From: Ignavibacteriota bacterium
GTDB lineage: Bacteria > Bacteroidota > Ignavibacteria > UBA10030 > CAVZMI01
Direction of reading: 5' to 3'
DNA length: 64,000 bases
Assembly: GCA_963776275.1 (NCBI GenBank)
Contig: CAVZMI010000021.1
Location: 224,001 to 288,000, forward strand
Shown: positions 9,419 through 19,111 of the stretch, piece after piece
Layout: each line of letters opens with the position of its first letter
Position numbering within the stretch: the stretch's first letter is position 1
Notes under the pieces: generated by a model
Told to the model about the DNA's origin: nothing
Database searches by the model: none
What the model saw: only the letters and a program-made list of their open reading frames with translations
Translations under genes and position numbers: made by a program

Positions 9419-11155
9419 CTATTTCATTAATATCATTTTCATCGATAGCGTTGTTCCTGAACTTGTCAGTTTGTAGAAATATATACCGCTACTCAGATTA
9501 TTAGCCATAAATGTCACATCATACGATCCGGCATTTTGAACCTCATTTACCAGAACTGCCACTTCTCTGCCGAGGACATCGAACACCGAGAGTCGGGTCA
9601 TCCCCTTCACCGGAAGAGTATATGAAATTTTTGTGCTCGGGTTGAAGGGATTCGGATAATTCTGACTGAGTTCGAACTTCGACGGTACTGAAGCTGGAGA
9701 TTGGGAGACTGCGGTCAGTTGTTCAGGGAACCAGTTCAAATCGCCAAGAGCTTTGCCATCGGTTCCTGCTGATTCAAGAGTCGTATTTGAATATCGCAGA
9801 TTTTCCGGAACCGGATACCCTTGTGTTGATGCCCAGTTTGATGCAACATTTGTCCATGTACTTCTATCAGTTGGTGCAGCCATCGGATAAACGTACGGAC
9901 GATAACCACCGGCACTTCCGCTGGCAGTACCACCAAAAGCCGTATCTATCAAAGTAATCATATTTGCTATTGATTGAGAAACGAGCGTAGCATCAAATCC
10001 CGGATCTGTGTTGTCGTTGTTTGCTACGTTGACATTGGGCCATGTTATTTTATCTGTAAGAATACCAGCTCGGGCTCCGATTAATTGTTGGGGAGAAAGA
10101 CTAAGCGTTGACCATTCGTTTTGGATTGCAGCCGGCCAGAAATAAGCATTATTTGTGATGGTAATATACCGGTCAGCTTCTGTCAGGTTAAATGGAGCTC
10201 CTTTTAACGTTGCTGAAAGAGTATCTAAAACAATTGCACCAGTAAACCAATTGCCTGGATCCCAACCCCACGAAGTGGGTTGACTTGCCGAACCTACGCT
10301 GTAGAAGACATTGTTTGTAATAATTGCATTAGTGAGATGATATAATTCGAAAACACCTTGTTGGGTTGACATAAAGATTGTATTATGCTGGAAATCCAAC
10401 TTATTGCATGCATACCCTCCTCCACCAAGTACTAGGCCACCGGTAAAGAAAAAGGTATTATTACGGAAATATGCCGTATCGCAAGGAATGCCTGTCGGAT
10501 CACTGACTTCGATCCATGCCAATCCAGGATTTCCTATTGCGTCATCTTGATTGTTCCGAAACTCACAGTTGGTTACATAGAAACTGCAATGAGCATGCGC
10601 CCAGGTATCAATCAGGTTTGGTGTGTGTTGAGGACCGGTAATATTTTCAAGGATGCAATGATCAAAAATGAATACATTGTAATCTCCAGAGGGAGTAACA
10701 AAACGGCCAGTATTCGCTGCGCCGTCTGAACGAGTGCCTATGAAATATAATTGTTTTAACGTAAGAGTATCATCCCCCTGAGGTTCAAAGAAATCACCGA
10801 TAGAACTATTATCTTGGTTAATATACGGTGCAAGTACCGGTGGATGACCAGTCTTTGGATTTATTTTTCCGATAACGGTAACGTTACCTTTTACTGTAAT
10901 GGGAGCTGTTACGTAATACACTGTATCCACATCTCCTGTCGGCTCAAGCAGAAACACGGTATTCGGTTTAACGTAACCTCCGGCAACAGTATCACTGTTA
11001 ATAACATCATCGAACGAACCTGTAGGCCAGGTCGGAGGGTACGCATAAATACGAACCGTATCAATAGCATTCGCAAACATATTTGATGATGGTATTAATA
11101 ACATTATCAACATCATTACAAGCAGTGAATTAAACATTGTTTTCATAATAAACAT
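9419..11155 (-). CDS. Secreted T9SS-sorted protein, probable parallel beta-helix, partner of adjacent TBDR
   Basis: Signal peptide; beta-helix-like repeats (FRNNTF, FQHNTI, ITNNVF, ITNNAYF); GDLNWF; CTD QNYPNPFNP...KMILMK. Confidence 0.75.
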   Translation of the reverse strand: MFIMKTMFNSLLVMMLIMLLIPSSNMFANAIDTVRIYAYPPTWPTGSFDDVINSDTVAGGYVKPNTVFLLEPTGDVDTVYYVTAPITVKGNVTVIGKINPKTGHPPVLAPYINQDNSSIGDFFEPQGDDTLTLKQLYFIGTRSDGAANTGRFVTPSGDYNVFIFDHCILENITGPQHTPNLIDTWAHAHCSFYVTNCEFRNNQDDAIGNPGLAWIEVSDPTGIPCDTAYFRNNTFFFTGGLVLGGGGYACNKLDFQHNTIFMSTQQGVFELYHLTNAIITNNVFYSVGSASQPTSWGWDPGNWFTGAIVLDTLSATLKGAPFNLTEADRYITITNNAYFWPAAIQNEWSTLSLSPQQLIGARAGILTDKITWPNVNVANNDNTDPGFDATLVSQSIANMITLIDTAFGGTASGSAGGYRPYVYPMAAPTDRSTWTNVASNWASTQGYPVPENLRYSNTTLESAGTDGKALGDLNWFPEQLTAVSQSPASVPSKFELSQNYPNPFNPSTKISYTLPVKGMTRLSVFDVLGREVAVLVNEVQNAGSYDVTFMANNLSSGIYFYKLTSSGTTLSMKMILMK

Positions 11156-11336
11156 CCTTTCATTGAATATTATATTTTGTTAATTATTTACTACCTGAAC
11201 AAGTTTCTCATCAGCGGGCTTAAGAACAAACAGCCGTTTACAGGAAGCCAAACTGAAAAAATGCTTCTTATTTCTCCTCCTTTTTGCATAAAATTGTGAA
11301 TTGGTTTATAAAAAATATTTTTCAGATGTCTCTTTT

Positions 11337-14300
11337 TTATTCATGTGAGTTAAATTTCCATCGAATTCCGATATCGGCCGTTAAGCCATAGTTATACTCT
11401 GATGTAGGGAATCCATTTTTTCTTACGGTATAAATGTCGGCTTCCTTATTCACGTCATTGATATCCAAATAAAGCTCTAAATCATACCATGGTAATCCTT
11501 GTTTCACGGCAAGATCCCATCGGAGATATGTTGTTTTATCAGAACGCAGAGTCCACCAGAAATTGCCTTGGTTAAATACATTTGATTGATAAATCATAGA
11601 AGCAAGAATGGAAAATTTCCCGTAGTCAAAGCCAAGCGAAAGATTCACAACATCGTTAGGTTGTTGATAGAGTCGGTCGATATATGATGTATCGACATAT
11701 TTGACGGGTTGACCAAAAACAACCACAGTATTTGTATACGGAAACTTCCCTTTAGAAAATATATGCGTATAATTAATATTCATTACTAACCCGCTCAATG
11801 GTCCCGGCAAATACCAAAAATGTGTTTGCCATTCTGCTTCAATCCCCCATACGTTTATCCGAAAAGGGTTATTAATATAGGTATTGAGAGTATAAAGGTT
11901 GGTGTAACTAGGAAATCCAAAAGCTTTGACTTGATTTGAATCAAGGTGGATGTTTTGAGGATTAAAAATTTGATTATCAATTGTTTTCAGAAAAGGGCTT
12001 ACAGCAAATAATCCGATAGTATTATCATGGATGGATACCTGAAAATCATAATTATACGCTCGTTCTGGTTTTAATGAAGTATTATTCCATGCAATAAATT
12101 TCGTCGTAGTACCAATAACTTCTTTTGGAACAAAGGTGCTGAAATCAGGATATGCTATTGTATTTGTGAATGATGCTCGAAAACCGATCTCGTCCGATGG
12201 ATTATATTTTATTATGAGATCAGGAAGCCAATACCCATGATATTCTTCATCTGTTACCATCGTGTACGGATATAAATTGGGATAGATAATTTTGCCATCA
12301 TCATATTTCATAAAGTGAGCTGCGGTATAGGAGGTTCTCAGCGCTTGATATCGGACACCGGGAATTACAGATATCCATGGACCTATATTCAACATAGCCA
12401 TGAGATACCCGGCGCTGCGGATTTCATGTCCGGAATAATCATTTGCTGTACTTTGGACCATATCATAAAGAAAATCCGGCTGATCTGCTACCGCTGTCCG
12501 TACAGCTCCAACCGTTTTCATCGTATTAATAATTTGATCGATGACATCTACATTGACTGCTGATTGCATGGAATACTCGCCTTTGAGGAATTTTCCATAA
12601 TCCATGTTTTTATTATAAAATCCCGAGATAGGAAATGGACTCTGTCCTGTTGGGTCAAGATTATATGGTGACTGGGCCAACCATGGAAGAGCTTGTACCA
12701 TAGATTGTCTGAAGCCCACCGACGCACTGCCATCATTTATATGGCCAAACCAATAATCATAATTGTAATACCGTGTAGTATATTTGTACGCGCCGCCTCC
12801 TTTTACAGATAAGGAGATGAGGTCTGAAAGATTAAAATTATATTTAATATCAAGAATGGCTTGCTTATCATCCTGCTTGTTGAAACTGCGCCACGCAGTA
12901 TTATTTGTCCATTGCATTTGATCAAGATTGATCAAGTTCTGTTCTTGGCGAACAACATCTGCAGGAGGGAGATTAGCCGAAATATTTTTTGCTCCTGATC
13001 GTTGTTGTATGAAATCCATATACCAGTTGTACGGTGTATAATTATCTGAATATCCATTCGATAGTTTTGCTTCTACTTTTAATGATCCGAATTCCTGTTT
13101 ATAACTCAGAATATTTGAGACAACATTAAGATCGTTCTTCTGTAATGATGTACCAAAAATAATTCGATCTGATAAAGCCGTATAGTTTTGTACGGTATAC
13201 TGATCGGAATGTTGTTCTGATGTCGTTGTACCATGACTGACGATATTAAAAAGAGCTAACTCACCGTCGGGTATTTTATAATCAAATGTTATTGTCGCAT
13301 CATATCGTTTTTGTATTGAAGGGATAAAGGTCAGAGTTGTGTATCCCATCGCAAGGGTATCGGGATTTTTGGTTACATTTAGATTTGAATTGGTATAGAA
13401 TGCTCCGAGCTGATCTGAAGTCAAATTTTGTCTTTGTGCAATTCCCTGCACAAAGACGCCAAATTTATCATCAAAAAATCTTTTTTCAATGCTTGCGACA
13501 AATTTATAATCTTTGTTTGAACTCATCAAATCATTGTAACCATTTTGGGCAAGAAGAGAAATTGAAGCTGCGGCGTCGGGATTTGTTTTTGCACGACGAA
13601 TATCAAAGTTGACGGTGCCTCCGATAGCTGCAGCATCCATATCAGGCGTAACTGTCTTGAAGACTTCTATACCTTCCAGCGAGCTAGATGAAATCATACT
13701 CATGTCTACCGAACGGCCACCAGGATTGTTCGAACGCTTAGCATAATCACCATTGGTGATAGAAAAGCTGCCTGCATCGTTTGCGGGTATTGGTACCCCA
13801 TCAATGGTGATGGAATTATATTTTGGTTCAAGTCCACGAATAACCACTTGCGTGGCTTCACCGCCGTTCCGTACAACTGAAACACCGGGCAATCGTCCGA
13901 CGGATTCCGCTGCGTTTGCATCAGGGAGTTCCTGTATACGTGCGGATGAAACCACATTCGTGATGTTATCTGCTGTCAGCTGTCGATTGATGGCTGAATT
14001 TTGACCGCTTGCCTGGGCCGTTACGATCATTTCGGCTGTCGTAACGTTCATGGCCTCCATTTTTATGTTTTTCTCGAGTTGTTCACCCTCTTTCACTTCG
14101 ATTTTCACCGTGACCGTTTTATAACCGATATAGGAGACTCGTAAGGAGTATGAACCCGGCGGTACAGACGGGAGAATGAACGTCCCGTCAATGATCGTCG
14201 TCGTTCCGATAGCTTTTCCTTCGAGCATAACAACCGCGCCGTAGAGTGGTGCATTCGCACTGGCGTCAATGACCTTACCAGAAATTTTTCCGGAGGTTTG

Positions 14301-14393
14301 CGCAAAGCCATCGATTGTAAGGATGGATAAGAAAATCAGGAAGATGGCGAATCCATGATTTTTTCTTTTGAAATATTTCTTATTCTTTTGCAT
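11337..14393 (-). CDS. TonB-dependent receptor
   Basis: Signal peptide, carboxypeptidase-like N domain, plug IQELPDANAAESVGRLPGVS...IRGL, LKPE barrel motif, C-terminal IGIRWKF. Confidence 0.93.
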   Translation of the reverse strand: MQKNKKYFKRKNHGFAIFLIFLSILTIDGFAQTSGKISGKVIDASANAPLYGAVVMLEGKAIGTTTIIDGTFILPSVPPGSYSLRVSYIGYKTVTVKIEVKEGEQLEKNIKMEAMNVTTAEMIVTAQASGQNSAINRQLTADNITNVVSSARIQELPDANAAESVGRLPGVSVVRNGGEATQVVIRGLEPKYNSITIDGVPIPANDAGSFSITNGDYAKRSNNPGGRSVDMSMISSSSLEGIEVFKTVTPDMDAAAIGGTVNFDIRRAKTNPDAAASISLLAQNGYNDLMSSNKDYKFVASIEKRFFDDKFGVFVQGIAQRQNLTSDQLGAFYTNSNLNVTKNPDTLAMGYTTLTFIPSIQKRYDATITFDYKIPDGELALFNIVSHGTTTSEQHSDQYTVQNYTALSDRIIFGTSLQKNDLNVVSNILSYKQEFGSLKVEAKLSNGYSDNYTPYNWYMDFIQQRSGAKNISANLPPADVVRQEQNLINLDQMQWTNNTAWRSFNKQDDKQAILDIKYNFNLSDLISLSVKGGGAYKYTTRYYNYDYWFGHINDGSASVGFRQSMVQALPWLAQSPYNLDPTGQSPFPISGFYNKNMDYGKFLKGEYSMQSAVNVDVIDQIINTMKTVGAVRTAVADQPDFLYDMVQSTANDYSGHEIRSAGYLMAMLNIGPWISVIPGVRYQALRTSYTAAHFMKYDDGKIIYPNLYPYTMVTDEEYHGYWLPDLIIKYNPSDEIGFRASFTNTIAYPDFSTFVPKEVIGTTTKFIAWNNTSLKPERAYNYDFQVSIHDNTIGLFAVSPFLKTIDNQIFNPQNIHLDSNQVKAFGFPSYTNLYTLNTYINNPFRINVWGIEAEWQTHFWYLPGPLSGLVMNINYTHIFSKGKFPYTNTVVVFGQPVKYVDTSYIDRLYQQPNDVVNLSLGFDYGKFSILASMIYQSNVFNQGNFWWTLRSDKTTYLRWDLAVKQGLPWYDLELYLDINDVNKEADIYTVRKNGFPTSEYNYGLTADIGIRWKFNSHE

Positions 14394-14516
14394 TTCAACT
14401 CTCCAATGGTTTTTACATTTCCATTTTTTCGAGTTTCAAGTTTCTCACGGTACTAGGGATTACGTACACATACTTTTTTCTTGTTGACCCACGGTTTCAT
14501 CATTTATAGTTTTATC

Positions 14517-14528
14517 GCAAACGTTTGC
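14517..14528. promoter_or_regulatory. Putative LacI-family operator 1
   Basis: Perfect palindrome GCAAACGTTTGC with central CG, upstream of the TBDR; LacI gene lies in the same locus. Confidence 0.7.
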
Positions 14529-14713
14529 ATTACTGGATACAATTTTTCACGTTTCTTTCTTCATCGTTGCAATCTCTGGATTTTTTTCTCTGCGTTGATG
14601 AGTATTTATTTTCCTGTAATTCTCTATACTCGAAACATTGTCGTCGAATTCAAGTAACAACTCCTTGACTTTCGAGGCGGGTGAAACTTCATGCATCAGC
14701 CCGAGCTTCTATC

Positions 14714-14727
14714 TGCAAACGTTTGCA
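14714..14727. promoter_or_regulatory. Putative LacI-family operator 2
   Basis: Perfect palindrome TGCAAACGTTTGCA, same core as operator 1. Confidence 0.7.
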
Positions 14728-15043
14728 AAAATTGGGGAAAAAAGTTCGTCCCCTCACCGGTCCAATAAGGTTGATGGAAAATGAAAGATATATTTTCTTC
14801 CGGAAGATGACCGAGAAAAATATATCCGGCAAAAACGTAGAAAAGATAATCATCTGCAAAATTGAAAATCCCCTCTATTGGTGGATTTGCCCTGGGAACG
14901 AAAAAATACAACAATATTTATTGCTATTTAGACGATTTTGCAATATAAAAACCGTTATATAACCGTTTCTTAACGTTTAGAGGGGTTTTTTATCCAATAA
15001 TATGGAGTTTGAACTTGATATTGTTTTCTGATATCTTCTGAAC

Positions 15044-16354
15044 ATGGCAGATAATAACAATACGGCAATCCCTTCGAATAAAGAGATAAAAACAATCGTC
15101 AATACGGTATTGAAGAGTAAGATTTTCAAAGATTCACCGATCTATTCAAATCTGCTGTTGTATCTTACCCAGGCTACACTCTCTAAAAATATTCCGAAAG
15201 AAACCACCATTGCAATTGACCTTTTTGGCAAGGACACCAGTTTTAATTCCAATAAAGATTCTACGGTACGCCACCATATCCTTGTTCTGAGAAATAAGCT
15301 CGATGAGTACTATTTGAACGAAGGCAAAAAAGATAAATTTCGATTGGTCATCCCAAAAGGTCACTATGAGATTCAAATCATTCAAGCTGCGAATGGACAA
15401 CCCAAAATCGAAAATCGTTTCTTCTCTTTTTTAAAACGTTGGGAAGTAGTCGTAATTCTTCTTCTGATATGCATTAATCTTTTCTTGATCTTTCGTCAAT
15501 TCTCTCTGAACTCATCATCGCCTTCTCCCCAAGCTACCTATTCAGTCTACCCCGAAGATCAGGTGTGGGGATCGTTCTTTAAGAATGGCTATCCTGTTTC
15601 CATTATTATCGGAGATGATTTTTGGATGGATGAGTACCGCCCCGATTACAAACGATATCGGAATGTTCGGGACTGGAATATTTCCTCAGAGAATGATTTA
15701 ACCGATTTTCTATTGAAATATCCGAAAGCAAATCTATCGAAATCGGAAATAACAGGGATCCCTTTCGGAGGCGAATATAATTTAATGGATATCTTTCATG
15801 TTGTTTATCATTTTCAAAACAATGTGTCATTATTCATGTCTTCTGCCATCACTCTTGATAATCTTCGAGATCATAACATTATTTATATCGGTGAATTCAA
15901 GAATTTACGAATCTTAAACAAAATATTTTACAAAACACCTATCCGCTATCAATATACTCCCGATGAGCGGTTGTTTATCCTTGATGAAAAAAACAATATC
16001 GCAAAATCATTCCTCCGCATCCAAGCACCCTACGAACAGCAAAATAAATACAATATTGATTACTCATTGTTAATTAAGATGCCCGGTTTTTCTAAGGAAA
16101 ATTTCATGTTCATTGTGGGTTTCGGTTACGGCGGTCGCGTGGAACGGACAAAAATGCTGGCAAATTCCGAATTACGGAAGAAATTCATCGAAGATATTAA
16201 GAAAATCAATGCATCTGTGCCCGAATATTTTATCGCTCTCTTTGAAGTAAGGAGCATCGAAAGAACGGGGTTTACAAATGAATTGAAATATTTCAAGGAA
16301 ATACCACGAGATTTCTTTACAGAACAAAAACAGGATAGTAGTATGAAGAATTAA
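15044..16354 (+). CDS. Membrane-anchored regulator-like protein (N-terminal winged-helix-like domain, one TM helix, extracytoplasmic domain)
   Basis: FKDSP..LLLYL..KETTIAIDLFGK..DSTVR..LRNKLDEYY..EG..IPKGHY; TM WEVVVILLLICINLFLIF. Confidence 0.65.
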   Translation: MADNNNTAIPSNKEIKTIVNTVLKSKIFKDSPIYSNLLLYLTQATLSKNIPKETTIAIDLFGKDTSFNSNKDSTVRHHILVLRNKLDEYYLNEGKKDKFRLVIPKGHYEIQIIQAANGQPKIENRFFSFLKRWEVVVILLLICINLFLIFRQFSLNSSSPSPQATYSVYPEDQVWGSFFKNGYPVSIIIGDDFWMDEYRPDYKRYRNVRDWNISSENDLTDFLLKYPKANLSKSEITGIPFGGEYNLMDIFHVVYHFQNNVSLFMSSAITLDNLRDHNIIYIGEFKNLRILNKIFYKTPIRYQYTPDERLFILDEKNNIAKSFLRIQAPYEQQNKYNIDYSLLIKMPGFSKENFMFIVGFGYGGRVERTKMLANSELRKKFIEDIKKINASVPEYFIALFEVRSIERTGFTNELKYFKEIPRDFFTEQKQDSSMKN

Positions 16355-16861
16355 ACCTGAGAGCAATAAGCAACCCCTTTTAATTCCAAGAGTAGCCTTC
16401 TCCTGTCAGTTTTATTTCAATGTGATAACTCTTCGTCATTCTCCGATACTTTCAATACCTCTACCGTGCTCTCGTTCCGAAAAGATTAAAAATTATTTTC
16501 TTCCCTGCAAAAATTTTTTGAATGAAGTGGTAAATTCTTACTTCTCAGAAAATGCTACACTTTTTTTAATGAAGATTTTATGTGTTGATCAGAACAAATA
16601 CTAAAAGTTGAAAGATAATTGTATGTCTACAGACCATTTTGGACCAATTGGATTAAAAATTAATAGAGATTTTTCGGAATATCAGACACCTCAAATGAGA
16701 AATCATGCAGAAATCTCAACAAAATCGATTAAACTGGAATAAAAACACTCCTTTTGATTATGTCTCGTTGGGGACACTAGTAAATTGTGAATTGTGAATT
16801 GTGAATTATGAATTGTAAATTGTGAAATGTGAATGTAAAATTAGCCGAAGAATATATTAAT

Positions 16862-16896
16862 AAAAGCCGGATTCTCTATGAGGTCTGGCTTTTTTT
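16862..16896 (+). terminator. Intrinsic terminator, possibly bidirectional
   Basis: AAAAGCCGGA..loop..TCTGGCTTTTTTT. Confidence 0.65.
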
Positions 16897-17275
16897 GTAA
16901 CCACCACATATTCTATGATTTTTAGAAAACCTATCGTTCTTCATTCAACATCCATAAATCATTATTAACACTCTCTCATCATCCCTAATTTATTATCGAC
17001 AAGATCGCGCTTAATGTGCTATTGATTCCAAACTTCTGCCAATGTATATTATTGGTAGAATCGTGGATGTTTGCCGTGCCATTCCTGATGTCGTCGTGCG
17101 TCTCGTCTCGGCACTAGAGTTTCACGGATTAACGACATTCAATCCCTCTGAAGTCTATATTGCCATTCCTTACGTCGGTAAATCTTCTAAAATACATTAC
17201 CCGCCGGTAGGGGTAATGTGATAAATTGGAGTTATATAAAAACATAATATTTAAATCTATCTTGGAAAAATCCAC

Positions 17276-18190
17276 ATGGCAATGAATTCTCAAAAGAACC
17301 GAAGTAACCTGGGTGCATCCGTCCGTGCACGTCTTCTTACTCTTGCAAGGAAGAATAACCGTGACCATAACGCTCTTCTTGTCCAGTATGCTCAGGAGCG
17401 TTTTCTTTACCGGCTTTCGCTCTCGCCGCACAGGGACAATTTTATACTAAGAGGAGCATTACTTCTCATTTCATATAATCTACCATTGAACCGGCCAACG
17501 AAGAATATCGATTTCCTGGCTCAGGGAATCAATCAAGATCTCGGCAGCTTGAAGAAAGTTTTTCTTTCCATTGCGGGAATTCATGTGGAAGATGGTATTG
17601 AGTTCCCATCAACCAGCATTACAGTTGAAAATATCAAGGATAATGAAAACGGCGAGGCAAGAGTGCACTTGAAAGGGACTATTGGCGGCGCTGCTTGTTC
17701 TTTGCAGGTCGATATCGGTTTCGGAGATATTATCGTTTCGGGGCCCATTAAAGCAGATTTTCCGACACTCCTCGACTTCCCGGTCCCTAATCTGAAAGTC
17801 TATTCGCTTGAGTCTGCTGTCGCTGAAAAATTTGAGTTGATCGTTAAGTTCAATTCCCTTTCAAGCCGGGCAAAGGATTTCTACGACATAAATTTCTTAG
17901 CGTCCGTACATCCTTTTACCATGGCAAATCTCAAAGAAGCGATGATAGCCACATTCAAACAACGAGGAACCGACATAGACAGCAGGAAGGCCATTTTTAA
18001 AAAATCATTCCGAAGTGACGAACAAATGAATACATTCTGGACTACTTTTCTGAAACGCAACTCCCTCGATTTGTCTACTTCATTTTCTCAAGTTGTGAAA
18101 AATCTAGAAAATTTTATTGAACCAATCTTCAAAGACAATCCGCAGCAAATGGTGTGGCAGCCAGATACACAAAAATGGGTAATAAAATAG
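17276..18190 (+). CDS. AbiEii/AbiGii-family nucleotidyltransferase (type IV TA toxin), no adjacent antitoxin
   Basis: ASVRARL, YAQERFLYRLS, FILRGALL, RPTKNIDF, QVDIGFGD, AEKF, SRAKDFYD. Confidence 0.88.
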   Translation: MAMNSQKNRSNLGASVRARLLTLARKNNRDHNALLVQYAQERFLYRLSLSPHRDNFILRGALLLISYNLPLNRPTKNIDFLAQGINQDLGSLKKVFLSIAGIHVEDGIEFPSTSITVENIKDNENGEARVHLKGTIGGAACSLQVDIGFGDIIVSGPIKADFPTLLDFPVPNLKVYSLESAVAEKFELIVKFNSLSSRAKDFYDINFLASVHPFTMANLKEAMIATFKQRGTDIDSRKAIFKKSFRSDEQMNTFWTTFLKRNSLDLSTSFSQVVKNLENFIEPIFKDNPQQMVWQPDTQKWVIK

Positions 18191-18346
18191 AAGTCATTTT
18201 TCACTCGCGTGCATTCACAGATCGCACTTCGGTTAATATTCTTTTCATTTCCACGACCCGAACGTCGTGGCAATCCCTCGCGAATGTTCTTCCTGTAGAA
18301 GGCATTTCGATACATTCAAAATTCACAACTCACAATCCAAAATTTA

Positions 18347-18838
18347 CTAGGCTTTCCCCATATTAGCCACATAGCCTTCGACCATCAGGAGATTTTTCTC
18401 GCCTGCCTGTTTTATCACGCTAAGCAGCCGATCCATCTTCACCACCTCTTCCAGCTGTTCATCGATGAACCATTGCAGAAAACTCTGCGCGAGGTAGTCA
18501 TTCTGTTTGACGGCCAGATCCATGAGAGCTGTGATCTGGCGAGTGACTTCACGTTCCCAGTTCAACGCAGCCTGGACGGCGTCTTCGGCTGTTGCAAATG
18601 TCGGCACTGGTGCCGGAGTTGCGGGGATCTGAAGCTCGCCTTGCGTATCGAGAATATACTTGACGAACTTCATGGCATGTTGTTTTTCTTCATCGGCCTG
18701 CTCGAAGAAGAGCTTGGCTAGCAAATTCAGCTTGTGCTGCTCAAAGTGGGCGGCAATGCTTATGTACTGCATGCTAGCGCCGAATTCGTGTCCGATTTGT
18801 TCATTAAACGCCTTTGAAAGGTCTCGACTAATTAACAC
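18347..18838 (-). CDS. ftnA: Non-heme ferritin
   Basis: NEQIGHEFGASMQY, QADEEKQHAMKF, WERE, FLQWFIDEQLEE ferroxidase residues. Confidence 0.9.
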   Translation of the reverse strand: MLISRDLSKAFNEQIGHEFGASMQYISIAAHFEQHKLNLLAKLFFEQADEEKQHAMKFVKYILDTQGELQIPATPAPVPTFATAEDAVQAALNWEREVTRQITALMDLAVKQNDYLAQSFLQWFIDEQLEEVVKMDRLLSVIKQAGEKNLLMVEGYVANMGKA

Positions 18839-19111
18839 GGTATTCTCCTTTGTTTGATGTAAGATACTTTTTAATAATTGATTTTCTAGTATGCTATTAA
18901 TAACACTGAGGGGTGTACAAAAAATTCCCAGATGGAACCCCCGGCACCATTTAGTTTATACAGGGGGGAAACAGGGAGGGTAGGGATTGGAAGGTAGTGT
19001 TGTAGGTTAGTATGTCCATTGGAGTCGTGGACTAGGTGGCTTCTGATTCTCTATTTAATAGAACGAAATTGGGTTACAGGTATCGGGTGGGATGAAAATA
19101 GATTTGTAATG

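Larger units (their letters stand above)
3619..16806. mobile_element. Putative tRNA-Glu-anchored genomic island (galactan utilisation cargo, no integrase seen)
   Basis: Direct repeat TCTCGTTGGGGACACT at 3619-3634 and 16763-16778, extending to ~44 bp with 4 mismatches. Confidence 0.65.

Noticed and set aside
14681-14962. Small ORFs in the divergent promoter region
   Set aside because: They overlap the operator palindrome and each other, with no recognisable coding signal.
16900-17275. AbiEi antitoxin or integrase remnant
   Set aside because: No plus-strand ORF or recognisable motif; TBLASTN would be needed to exclude a highly decayed relic.
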